A stretch of DNA of 64,000 bases from Raillietiella orientalis (lineage: Eukaryota): assembly GCA_036172245.1 (NCBI GenBank), contig JAYWIR010000009.1, positions 806,001 to 870,000 on the forward strand. Reading direction: 5' to 3'. The position numbers and the translations under genes were made by a program. The notes under the pieces were generated by a model. It ran no database searches and had not been told where the DNA came from. It was given only the letters and a program-made list of their open reading frames with translations. Each line of letters opens with the position of its first letter. Position 1 is the stretch's first letter. Shown here piece by piece: positions 26,260 through 38,600 of the stretch.

Positions 26260-27213
26260 GTCTTCTCGCGGGCAGGAAGAACTTCCCTCGCCGCAGCGCT
26301 GTCCTCCCTCAGGGAAAACCTGAGCAGCAGCATCGAGGCGAAATGGGAAGTTAAGGTGAACATCTCGGGAAGAGAAAAAGGACTGGGCGAGTAGAAGACG
26401 GGCCAGCTCACCGACGATGCGACCCCGAGTACACCACCCCACGGTCTGTTTCTCTAGGGCAAGCTGCTGGATGTTCCGGTGGAACACCTGAAGTGGCCTC
26501 CGGTGCTCATGGACAAGGGCACCCTCCCCTTTAAGTGGCAGGAGTCGACGATGTTGGTGCTGAACTGGGGTCTTCCGTGCTACGCCCGCCGTCATCACTG
26601 GACGCGGGGTGTGTGTGGACCCCAACTGTGTCAGGTGCGGAAAACGTGAATCCCTCCCCCTCCTGTTAGCGGACTGTGTTGCCCTCCGGCTCTTCTGGGA
26701 ACGCTTTGCCGCGGCCCTGGGAAACCCCTGGAGGCAACTCCAGGGACGCTTTCAAACCCCTCTTCGTTCGCGAAGCCCTTCGGCCAGCGGCCTCCCTTGC
26801 AGCCTTGTGCTGCCTACGCGGGATCGTCGCTGCTTGGAGTAAAGCAACGGGAGGACCCAGCAACAGGGATGCCAGCCATTTCGCCGTCCAATTCATCAGG
26901 ATGGCAACGAGATGGCCCCACCTGGACAGGAATATCCAGCAAGACCTTGCTGACATCCTGGAGAGGATGGACCGGACTCCCACCAGCAAACAGTGATCCC
27001 TTCCCAAACACCTCCATAGCGTATTTATTTTTTTTACTTTTTGTTTTTTCTTCTTGTTTGCCCCCTCCCCTCTGCTGCCGTGGTGGACCGCGCCGGTCGG
27101 CGCCCCGGCAGGCCTCCTTTAAATTGGGCGTGGTTGGACCATCAGTCCAACCGCAAATTTTTTGTGTGATCATTTTGTTTTAAAATAAACGCCCCGGCGC
27201 ACCCGGGTGAAAA
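26260..27213 (+). mobile_element. 5'-truncated, decayed non-LTR retrotransposon (L1/Tx1-like ORF2 C-terminus + 3'UTR)
   Basis: Translation across stops (26392, 26455) and frameshifts (~26610, ~26730) gives LKWPPVLMDKGTLPFKWQESTMLVLNWGLPCYARRHHW / DPNCVRCGKRESLPLLLADCVALRLFWERF, the zf-RVT-like CxxC..ES..(H)LL..C..FW signature. The ORF ends at 26996. The 3'UTR is T-rich, with stem-loop GGTTGGAC-catca-GTCCAACC (27132-27152), AATAAA at 27184 and a short A tail. Flanked by TCGCGTT at 26253-26259 and 27214-27220. Confidence 0.75.
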
Positions 27214-27696
27214 TCGCGTTTCCGTCTCGAAGCGCGTCGCGTCTTGGCGCGAGCCGCGGGAACGCGTGGGCGGACGAGGGTGGCGGTGACGCCGCCGACC
27301 CGATGCGGCGGGGCGACATTGCGCGGCGGCGATTCCGGCGCAGGCGGGGGAGACAACCAGCGGCGGCGGCGGCGATTGGTGGGGAGGGGGATGGGAGGCT
27401 GGGGGAGGGAGACAGAGAGTCGTCCGTAGCAACGGGATCCCCACGAGCACTCGCCGGTGCGCCGCCGACAACGGGCGGCGAGCGGCAAGAAGAAGAATTC
27501 CGGCAGGCGAACGGTCCGTTCCGCAGCGGGGAGGAGGAGAAGCAGAAGGGGACGCGCGATGACGATGACCGCGGCGGCGATGACGGTGCGGTGGACCCTC
27601 TGGGAACAGGCCACGGTCGGGAAGAGAACTCCTGGGAGGCACGTCCGCCGCTCCACACAGCCCAACGCCAGCCGCATGCGCCGGCGAGAGAGTTGG
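27214..27696 (-). repeat. Unclassified interspersed repeat, copy B, arm 1
   Basis: Near-identical to the reverse complement of 9388-9826 apart from a 37-bp and a 7-bp indel and very few substitutions. Confidence 0.92.
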
Positions 27697-30600
27697 AGGA
27701 GGAAGGAAGGGGGAGGTGGTGGTGGGGGTGCGCTGGAGGTGGACCGAGCGCTTTTCGGCTCTCTCTCTTCTGCACGCTCGCCGCTGCGCTAATTGCTGTC
27801 GAGCGACAACAGCGGGCGCGAAGCGAAGCGCGCACGCGCACGTGCGAAGCTGTGCGTCCGTCCACTCGGGCCGACCTGGGGCTTCGACCCGAAGGGGAAG
27901 TGGACGACGCGAATGGGTGTTCCCACTGAACCAGGGGAAGAAAGCGCGCCACTGCAGGATTTTCTTCATCCACCGCAAGCCGCGTTCAAGAAATGTGAAT
28001 TGATTATCGATTCACCAGCCAGGCCTATTCTTCTCCTTTCATCGAAACAGATGCAGCTTCCATTCAGGCAGCCCCCACCTGTAGCCTGCAAATGATGGCA
28101 CCCTCTCCCTCCCCCAGCGTAGCGTCCCGGGGAACCCGGATCGCTGGAGCGGCCGACTACCGTCCAGAGCGGAACACGCGCCTCCGGGTGGAAGCGCACA
28201 CCTTCTGCAGGCGGATGGTGGTCGGGAGAGCGGGCGCCGGCTGCGCGCCCTCTCCAGGGATTCTCGCGCGCCTCTTCTTCGCCTGCCGCCCGTCGGAGCG
28301 CGCGCGTCGCCCATGACTGCCGCACGCGCGCCCGTTCGCCACGATCGCGCGCTCGGACTCGCCCGCTCCGGAAGATCGGATGCTCCGAGCAGTTTCCACG
28401 GCGATTTATCAGAATTCCGAAGCGCGTTGAGGATCTCTGCAGCGATCAGCTCGAAATCCGCCCGTCTTCCGCCATTTTCATTCATCATGCGCGAGGAGGC
28501 ATTCACGATTCCTGATCCTCCGGAAAGTGATTTATCTCTGCGCCAGGACCAAATCCCAGTGCTTATCGGAGTGCGTGTGTCCCCGAGTCCTGGAGCAGGA
28601 ATCCGGCGCTTCAGCGTGTTGCGTGCGGATCCACGGTAACGGGACTGCTCGGGTCGAATGTGCACTGAGCAGATGAGGCCAGAAAACAGGGATGCTGTCC
28701 GTGGAGCAACTGCTTTGACGCGTTCTCTTCTTCTCGCTTCCCTCCCTCCTTGTTTTTTTTCCTCTCTCTCTTTCTCCACGGCATGATTGCCAGGCGTCCG
28801 TCTACCGGGAACGAAGCATCAAGGTAGAGCCGCTATTGCCGCCCAACCTCCCCCCCGTGCAGATGACCTCGTGCGAGATAGCAATTCCGGTCACGTAGAA
28901 ATGGACAGAACGCGCTTGGGAACCGCTCGAAGACCACTCGAGAGGAGGAGAAAAGGGGGGGGGGGAACACGGCGGCGGATTCCCGGACATTCCTGCTGAT
29001 TCGGCAAGCTGGAGCACGTTCCCGGAGCTGCGACTGAGACGCCCAGGGACGCGGGAGACTGGAGGAAACCCGGCGGCGGGCAGCAGCAGCGGCAGGCAGA
29101 AAGTCCGGCCGCTCAAGACGAGTGGAGCTCGCTTCGCTCGACCGAGAGACCGGGCGCGGGTGGGAGGGAACCCTCCAGGAGGAGCGGCGTCCAGGAGCTC
29201 CCGCCTGCACGATAATATAGATGCGCGGAACCCGCAGGGGACTCTTGGACCAACCTCGCTCCCGCCTCTAAGGAACCAGCGGCTTTTCCCGAGTCGCGAC
29301 TTGCCGGAGAAGGTTCCAGGACCCCTCGCGTCCTTGCCCCTCCCGTTTTTTTTACTCGGAACATTTCTTTTTAAACCGCGCCCATCTCTCACGCGCTTGC
29401 GCACGTGGTCTTTCTAGGAAGACAGGAGTGCGGGAGCGACTCACCATTTCCCACCTCGCTCTCGCCGCATGCCCCTGCCCACCGCGCTCTAGCGGGCGGC
29501 GCGCGACCGTTCCATCCGCCGGGAGAAGACGAGGCTCCCGGAAGAGTCCCAGTCGAAGTGCCCACCCGCTTTCCTCCCTCGCTTTCCGGTGGCAGACCCC
29601 GAAGCGCTGAAGAGAGTGCCCGCCACCATGCGGGCGCCGCCGGTTGCCGGGCGACGACGGAGCCTCTCCGAGACTTCCACGCCCCTTGGCCTCACCAAGG
29701 CCGCCAGCTGGATTACCGTCGCCATCGTGAGTCTTCGGTGCCGCGGGCCGGCTGCCCTGCCAGGTGGAGCCTCCAAGGTTCCCAAGAGATGCGGGCGCAG
29801 TCCCGTCCCGCGTCGAGCGCACGGCATCTGACTTAAGAAGCGCCCGCCGAGCTCCTTCCCTATCTCGCCCAGGATCCTCCGGAGCGCCCGACCGAACGGC
29901 GGCCACGAAGCGCGCGTTCTGTGCGGCGGTCGCCATGGCGGCGAGGGGAGTCTTCGCCTTGTCAGACTCCCCGGCGGCTTCGTCTTCCCCTGGAAGGAGT
30001 TTGGCGCGCGACAACCCCCCCCACCCCGAGGGGAATGTCGGCGTGTGATGGGACCTCGAAGAGGGGGACCGACCGAAAGGAAGACGAAAAGACACTCCTT
30101 CCCCGAGGGCGTCCTGTCCTTCCCACCCACCCCACCCTGCCACCACCTTCCCCCAGGCACAGAAGATCCCGCGCAGCGCGCTGTGTCCTTCCTCTCTGCT
30201 TCACTCAGCTCCCGGCCATGTCCGTCCAGGAACTTGAGGCGTGCCGCACTCGAGTTCCTGGAGAGCGCGGTGGGGTCCACTCCGGGAGATCGACGAGTGC
30301 CGTTGCAGCGCCATGGAAACCACGGACCCTTGGCTTCGGACTGCTCCCGGTACGGCCGCTTCCAGGGAAAGGGAGTGTTCGAGGCGCGGCTTCTTTGGGA
30401 GCAGCTTTTCCCACCTGACTTCGGGGTCGCGGACTGGTCTCCTGGAGCTGCTTCCGTTTCTCTCCGGTTAGTCTCCCCTCTTCCTCTTCCCGCGAGTGGA
30501 ATGCCCGTCAGGAAACGGAAGGGGGAAGAGACCGAGTATGCCTGGGACCCCTCCCAGCGACCTGAGCGCGCCCTTCCTCAAGGACGCCATGCCTGTGGCG

Positions 30601-33600
30601 AAAGGGAGAAAGACGAAAGGAGCCACCGTGGCGCGGTGAGATGGCACGTGATTGTCCAGCTGCAGCTGGCGGTGCCGTATAGTCTGAGCCTTAAAGTTTG
30701 ACTTAGGCTATACGGCACTGTTGAGCGCTTGCTCAGCGGAGTTCCCGCTACGCGTCTCCAGGCAACGGGCTCCTCGAGCGTCCGAAGATGCCGCCCCCCT
30801 TCCTCCTACCGGAGTTGCAGAGGGGGCTCGGGCTGCGTGAGAGACAGACGAAACGGGTGCTGAGGGGATGGCAGAGGGAAGAAAATGCGGGGTCCTCAAC
30901 TTTTCCTTCATCTCCTCCCCCTCCTCTCTTCCCCCCTGAACCCTTGAATGATTTTTTTCCCGCGTCTCGCTTCCCGGCGGAGATTGTGGCGTTCCCGGTG
31001 AACCTCTTCCTCGTTGCCTGCCCTTCGCTGCCTTCCCCATCCTTCGCGCGTACCCCTACCTCTTCCCCTGCTGCCTCCACTCTTTGATTTACGGCGTCTC
31101 TTTCTCTTTTTCCGCCACTCACGTCGCGCAGCAAGATGGCCGTCGGTCGTAAACGATCGCTCGTCCCTGAGAGATTTACGACTTCGCCGCTCCGTCCGAT
31201 GGGCCCTTCCTCCCCCCCCCCTTCCTTCCCCATGCGCACCCTCTGTCCCCAGAAGCCGAAGAATTCCTCTTCGGGGGAGGGAAGCTCTGCTGGACGCTGA
31301 AGGCGGCAGAAGCGGCGGAAGGGCTCGGGCTCGCTCTCCTCGTAGGTGTGAATGGGGGCAGGTTTCCATGAGAACCCTCCTCCGGTCTCATCGCTCGCGC
31401 ACCTCCTTTCTGCGAATTCCGTGCCGCGCGGCGGGAAGCCAGAAAGGGCGCGACGGATCCCGGGACGCAGTTCCACCTTGTGTCTTTCCTCCCCTCTCGC
31501 AGACGCGCGTCCGTGGCACTCATGGGCGAGGCGAGGGGAGGAGGAAAGAAAGGCAGACCTCCGGCTGCAACCCCATCCAAGAGATCTCTCCGACATGTTT
31601 CTTTCCAGCAAGGGTGCTCTTAAGAAGGAAGCACTGACACCTTCGGGAGGGGAAATGCATCACCGCTCTCTCCCTCAACGCGGCTCGGACGTGTTGGCAA
31701 CTGAGTCGAGAGGAGCTCCTCTGGAGGATGTCTCCGAGAGGAGATGCCTGAGGGAAATCGGGACGGAGGCAAGTTCTGAGATGCACCCCCGGAGATTCGG
31801 CACCGGAGGCTGAGCCACCTCTCTCCTGCCTCGCCCGCGACAGCAGCCGCTGGAGGCGACGGTGTGCCACCTTTCCCGCGAGGCAGGAGGGCAGGCGAGA
31901 AGGGCGGCGGCGGCCCCAGGGTCGCCACGGGGAAGCCTCCGGGCAATCCGCCAGTGTCCCCAGGACATCCGGCCGCAAGATCTGTCTTCGCAAAGTTCCG
32001 AGGATGTTTTCCGCGAGTCTCCCGAGGGAATCGGCAGGCTTCCTCCGCCTTGCGGACGCTCCCGAGATTTGGTGCTCCAGGAGAGTGGCCCGTCGAGGTC
32101 GCAGTGAGTGGGAGAGAGAGGAGCGCATTTTTTCCCATCCGGCTGTTCTTCCCCGACTGCCGGCCGGCGAGAGGTCACCCCCTGCCCGACCCTGGGTTAG
32201 GACCCTGAGGCCGACTCGAAGTCGCACGCGCGCGCTCGAGGAGGTGCAAAGAGGCGTTCAGGCAGCAGCGTGCGCACTCCATTGTAAGCACGGGCAACCC
32301 GCGAGGTGAAAACGAATGCCCGGTCAGGAAGACCCGGTCTTTCGCTGTGTTCCCTCGGGCGAGCCGGGAAACTTTCTGGAAAACGCCTGCAAGCCCGATC
32401 CGGGATTTCCCGTTCCCCCTTATCGTTACGTACAGGGAAGCGGAAGTGGCGGCGCTGTTGTCTTCGGAGGGACACAAAACCTCGGAACCAGATCGATTCC
32501 GACGCAGGCGACAACGCCCGCGAGGCAGCGGGACTCGCTGACCTCGCGAGCGGAGGCACCGTTAGCCCCTGGCCCACCGGTGGAAGCGCAGCGTCGCGCG
32601 GAGGCAGCCGCAGGCGGCGAATGAGCCGCGGAAGGGGGCAGAGGCGTCAGTAGCTCCTCTCCGCGGCGACTCTCGACGGCCCTCGCGACCGAACGGGCGT
32701 CTCGAAAGACGCCACCACCAGCTGCGGTCAACGGGGCAGTGGTGCGCGAAGGACTTGCTGCGCTAAGAACGGCCCTGTCGGACCGGAGCACGCGGAGCGC
32801 CCGCTGCACGCCTCCTCGCGGACTTTCCGGCCTGGAAGGCGCAGATGGCGGTAGCGGGCGGGTGTCAGCATGCGCCCGCCGCCGCCGCAGCAGCAGCAGC
32901 AGCAAGAGGGAGGAGGATTTCTCGGGACGTGTGTCATGCTCGCCCTTCTTCCTCGCCGCCGCCCGCCCTCTTCCCAGCTCGCCTTCCTGACCGAAATGTA
33001 AACTTCGCCCTTCCCGAAACCGAGAAACATTTGCGTTCCCGGACATCCGAGCTCCCTTAACGGGCAGCCCCGGAAAAACCATTTCTCGGGAGAGCGGCGG
33101 AAAAAGCCCTGGTGAGGCGCGCGCGCCTCGCTCCCTGCGGATGTTTGTCTGCCGCCGTGCCGGATTCGCGGGACTCTTTCCGAAGAGCGAAAGATTTCGG
33201 CGAAGGCTGCGGCCCCGAATGCGCTACAAGCGGAGGGCGTGTCCAGCCAGATGGGATCGGGAGCAAAAGGGGGGGGGGTAGTGCCGCAGAAGGGAGCAGG
33301 GCGCAACCGGAAAAGGAATTTTCCAGGCTTCCTTTCCTCGCCTTCCAGAACGGGAGCCGGAAAACTCTCTCCTGTTCAGCGGTTCCTGAGACTCCCCGGG
33401 CTGCGGAAGCTGGTCTCCACGGTTTCCACTTCCTCAGGAGAGATTCTTCGGCAGAGGCTCCCGTGCACTGCTTCGAGGCCTTCGGAGCTGCAAGAAATGA
33501 ATGAATGATGGCTCCGCTTCTGCTGCTCGCACAGTTCCGACCGTCGCCCATTCGCACAGAGGAATGGGGCGGAGATGCAGGGCAGTAGGGAGCGCGGAGA

Positions 33601-35507
33601 ACCGCAAGACCGCTTTGTATGCAGACAGGCGTTTGTGCACAAGGCGTTCCCTCGTCCCCAAAGTCACAAGCAACTCCTCGCGTCCATAGCAACGGCTTCG
33701 TGACGCAGTGCTTGCCCGTGGATGTGCCGCTGGACGCTCGCCCACTCGCAATTATCACAGCCGAGAGGATCGAGTAGTTCGTGCGCTGGTCGCCGGCCGG
33801 GCGCTTGCGCCGCGTCCAGCTCCTGGATGCGGGAGCTGGACGGGATGGGAGTCGAGAGGAGCGGCCATCATCTGCGGTGAAGTTTCCCGGCCGAGCGCGG
33901 AGATCCTTCCGCGCCCCTTCTTCGCGGTGATCCCCACCGCGCTGCGTGAGACTCCCATCCCTGCTGCACCTCCGGAAGAGTCAGCCGCCCGCTCGGCAGC
34001 GTGGTTTCGCAAACAGAAAGGCGACGCGTGAAGAGGCGCCAAAGGGGTTTGCGTATTTCGCAGCCGAATTCCTCAGTCCATTAATTCTTCAACGGAACAA
34101 ATTTGCCTGGACGACGCGAGCACCACGTTTCAATTGGGCTCAACGTCTGAGCTGAGACGGAAATGCCCTGATTGCGTTTGCTGACGAATTTCACATTCAA
34201 TTAGACTCTACCGCAGGAGTTTGTCTTGATGAGATTCAAAGAACAGGGATGAAAAAAAAAAAAAAAAAAGAAGCAAAGACGCTCTTCTCTTCCAAACACG
34301 CTATCGGATTCCATTAGAGCACCTCCATTATCGTCATCAAACAGAGATGAATTTTCATTTATCTTTGTTTGATTAGATCGCTCATAAGATTGGCAAAAAT
34401 TACTTCATGGCACAGTAAACAATTAAATGATACTGAATCTGTGTGATGAAAAACGGTCCTTTATAAACACCGCGTGTCAAATCATTTATTTTCACCGCTT
34501 CGGAGTCGCTCGGATAGGCAGCAGCGCCGCGCGGCGCACACGGAGCGTGGGGTGCGCTTCTTGCGACGCGGCGTGGGCCGGCTGCCCTTGGCGCACCGGG
34601 GGGAAAGGGGTCCAGGAAAGAGAGGAGGAAAGCGAACCACTCCTTGCTTGTGATTCTGCTGAGGACCGCTCCGATTCCTGGCGCTGATTTCGGAGCCGCA
34701 AGGAGAGGGGGGGGGGGATAAACAAGTATTTTTCTGAAGCCACGGAATTTTCATCCCGGCTTCAACGATAGTTATGAATAAATTCGAGTTCTGATGAGGA
34801 AGCACATCGTCGTATCCATCCATGCATCGCTGATCAATAAAAGTTTGCAGGGAATTGCTGCGGAATCACGGTGAAGTGATCTTCGGAAATTCCAGATTAT
34901 TCGTTGCTGAAGATCGACTCGCGTGGAAAAAAAAAAAAAAAAACTCATCGTGGTTCCCAAGCGACCAAACAACCGGGAAATGGGCCTTCGTTCCAACCAT
35001 CCCACGGTTACGTGACGGCGAGCCGAAATTTTTAAATCATAATCCATTTGGTGATGGAGGGAGGGAGTTTTCCTGTTGCGCCAACAACACATGGTGCGTT
35101 TTCAAGTTTGCGCGGCTTTCTCAATCCTACGGAAGCGCCCCCATGTAAGCCGGAGCACTTATTAATCTACATACCTAAAGTATTAAGGAAATTCCACATC
35201 GTATCCAGAAGTGGCAGACGTCTTGGAAACGGAAACGTGCATCTGTGATTCAAACTATTAGATCTTTGGGGATTTTCCGAGCCATCGTCGTGAGAGGGTT
35301 GTCCGAACCTCTGCATGAACTATGGCCACCGATCTAACGCATGCGAGGATCGTGGACACTTAATAATTCGCTTTTAAGGTTGTAATTAACATGGCAAATC
35401 CAACTCTAATGATTACTTGCATGCTTTCGTCCTTCAACGCGCATCATCAATCATTTTATCAGCACAGAAGACTATGGCAAAAGATGATCGCTCGGAGCTT
35501 TTGATAG

Positions 35508-35686
35508 GGTTATTTTTTTACCTCCATTGTTGGCGGCGACTACACGGAGCCCAGATCAAGCTATTTTTACCTCCATTGTTTGGGTGCTCGCACTTCAGGT
35601 TATTTTTTACTTCCATTGTTGTCGGCGGCCGCACGGAGCCCAGATCAAGCTATTTTTACCTCCATTGTTTACGTGTTCGCACTTCA
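35508..35686 (+). repeat. Tandem duplication of an ~89-bp unit containing four TATTTTTACCTCCATTGTT cores
   Basis: Cores at ~35511, 35562, 35601 and 35651. The linkers alternate (..CACGGAGCCCAGATCAAGC / ..TCGCACTTCA) and are themselves repeated. Confidence 0.9.
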
Positions 35687-38600
35687 ATCCTGCACGCTTT
35701 CGAATTTCGGGGACCGCTTGCCGAACCCTGACAAACGCATGAATTATGAACTGCACGATGATGCATTACAGATGTTTGTCCGCACTCAATCGCCAGCAGG
35801 AAATTGGTCCAGCGCTCGTTCATTTCGGAAAGTGGGGAATATTAATTTGGTTACCAGAAACGCTGCTTCATCCAAAGGCACGGGCAGTAAATGAAAACGG
35901 GAATGTTTGACTTTCCACATCCATTTTTAGAATTTACATATTCGCCGCTAATGATCACGCAGAGGCTCTCTTCTCTTGTTTGCCGTAGCGGAGCTTTCAT
36001 CTGACGTATCAAGCCCGATGCTTTCTTCAATAAATCAACCTTAACTCTTAGTCTTTCCATGCTCTTCAAGCGGGCGGATAGATAAGCGACGATAATTTTG
36101 GATGAGGGAAATCTAATTATATCGAAAGCACGGGATACTCGCAATGTCCTAATGTTTTATGATTTGCTCTGAGCTCTCGAGAGCTCCTTCCCTCTCTCTT
36201 CCTGTGCTCGCGCAACGGATCCAAGATGCAGTGATGCCATGCTGCGGAAACGCAGGAGGAAAACAGGAGAAAGGAAGGAAGTGAGGGAAGCGGGGAGGAG
36301 GAGGTGGACGGGGAAGAGAGGGAGGAGGATAGAGGTCGAAAAATGGAAGCGGTCTCCCCTCGCTCCCTCCTTCCCGCACAGCTCTCTGTGAAGCATTACC
36401 TCCACAAGGGGTGCTCGCCGCGTGCACAGGAATCTTGTGATGGACGGCGTATCTTTCGCCGGCTGCGAGATGAAGACACCAAAGAGCCCTCCGCTGCTTC
36501 TGTTCCTCCCGACGTGGGGCAACGCCAACGCCTCACCATATGCTCGGTTAATCGAACGGCCAACTTGGCACGCCTGCAGCCTCCCCTCTGGGATGAGGGT
36601 CTCCGCCTCTGCTACTCTCTCGCGCGCGCTTCCTGGGACGGTCGCGAACGAAAGACGCAGTGAGTGGCAGGTGAAGGAGCGGAGTATGGGGAGACGACGG
36701 CTGCCTCAGGACACTGTGGCATGCTCGCCTGATCCCCCCTTCTGGTCAGGGAGGCAGCCGCGCCGATGGCGAAGAGAGGGGCAGGCGACGGCTCACCCGT
36801 CCGGGTGGCGAGCGCTTTCGCTCTCTGCCGTAGAAGCTGATCGCCATGGCTCTTCATGTCGCCGCCGCTGCCGCAAGAAAGGATAGCTGCCTGAAGGGAA
36901 CCGGGTAAACCTTGGACCACGGCTAAGCCAGCGGAAGGAGATCCAGCACAGGAGAAGCGGGACCTGTAGCAGCCCGCCTGTCCATGTGTGGCGACTGAGA
37001 ACCGTTTAAGTGGGAGGATCCCCTCCGCCTTATGCACGTGGTGAGCATCCGTCGGGGTCTTCGAGTGGACGGAGAGGAGGCCCTGGGCTGCCTTTGCGAT
37101 GTCGCCTTCTGCCAATGGACCTTTCCAGCAGCCAGAGGAACCCCGCTGGTCCAGCTGCCCGCGGTGCTCAGGTGAAAGACCTCAGGACCTCCACTAGAGG
37201 CGCCATTGGAGTACGCGGCGCTCGTCTTCTTCCCCTACCTTCACTCCCTTCTCCTCGATTCCCGGAACGCGACCCCTCTCCCTTTCCACCGCCCAGAGGG
37301 TAGCCCCGCTGTTCGCCCTCCCGGTTTCCGCGGGACGTACGACCGGACGCGCGCACGGAAATTCCCGCGCCGTTCTTCGAACGAGGGTGTTCTCGGAGAG
37401 CGGAGGTGCTCGCTCGGCGCGCACGCAAGGGAGGGGGGAAGGAGGGCGTCTGGCGCCCGGAGCGGGACGCCCGTGCCTCCGCTCGTAGCCTCCGGCGATG
37501 CGCGCGCCGCCGCGGGAGGTCCCCCGGAGGCGACAGGAAGTGCCGTTCCACGGGGGGGAGTTTCCGCCGCCACCATTTTCGTCCCGCCCGCGTCCGAGGA
37601 CGGGTCCCGGGCTCTCGGCGGGTGTCTGTGGCCCACCCGCCGTGCCGCGCGCCGCGCCGTAATCCGGCCGCAGGGGCGCGCGCAGTGCCTTACGGGGAGC
37701 CCGACGGGGAAGACTGAGGAAGGCTGAGGACGAGACTGGAGACGACGAAGGGATCGTCGGGGGTGCGCGCGAAGGTCGCCGACGCCTCCGGAGATGCCTC
37801 CGTGCTCCGCGCCGGTTCAAAGTGGGGCCAGCAGAAAGGGCGGTTTCCTTCCCGACGAGCGGTCCTGTTCCGAAAGAAATCTCTCGAAACGAACCCCATC
37901 GGCTGACGGGAGGCCCTCGACGGGCGGTTGCGCACCAGCAGGCTAAAGAGCGCGGGAGGGTCGCTGCTACGATGGTGCTGCCCAGACAGCCCCGCCTACC
38001 CGCGCTCTTCATGTCCTCCCCACACGCCGGAACTCCACCCACTTACCCCCTCCCCGAGCGAGCCCGGTCACTGCCGCTTTCGCCGTTGCCGGCGGCAACG
38101 CACGAGCGTCCAAGGCCGTCGTCCCATTCGAGGGCTGCCTACCTTGCCACCTCATTCCTCGCCGCTCCGTCCGGAGCATCCCCTCCCCATGACCCCATCC
38201 TCTCACCTCAGTCCTGCTTGCGTCTTCGCTCTCCGCTGGCTCCCCTTGGGTAGAGACGGGAGGACCCCCGTCTTCGACGCTCCTTGGGGCTCTTGCAGCT
38301 ACGCGCATGCCTTCCGTCTTTGAATGGCGGCCGCTCACCTTCTGGGAGCTCCCGAGTCTTCACAGGGCGCACGGCCCAGGGCGGGCGAGAAGGAGGGCTC
38401 GCAGAGGGAAAAAGGCGAAGAGGCGGAGTCGCCCTCGTGCACGCGCGCGGGCGAAAGGCCAGCAGGCGGTTACCAGGGAGACACGTGATGGGAGGCCGAG
38501 GTATTGGAGGTGCCTCGGGCAACCACAAGCGACCTGAGGTAGGCGCGGAGAAAGGAGGGGGGGATGGTCGTGAGGGGGCGCTGCAGAGGAGAGGCGGAAG

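Noticed and set aside
33753..33775. TATCACAGCC, the 5' end of miR-2-family microRNAs
   Set aside because: No complementary arm nearby to form a pre-miRNA hairpin, and the 3' part does not match.
35508..35686. CRISPR-like repeat/spacer appearance
   Set aside because: The spacers are themselves duplicated and of unequal length, there are no cas genes, and the context is eukaryotic.
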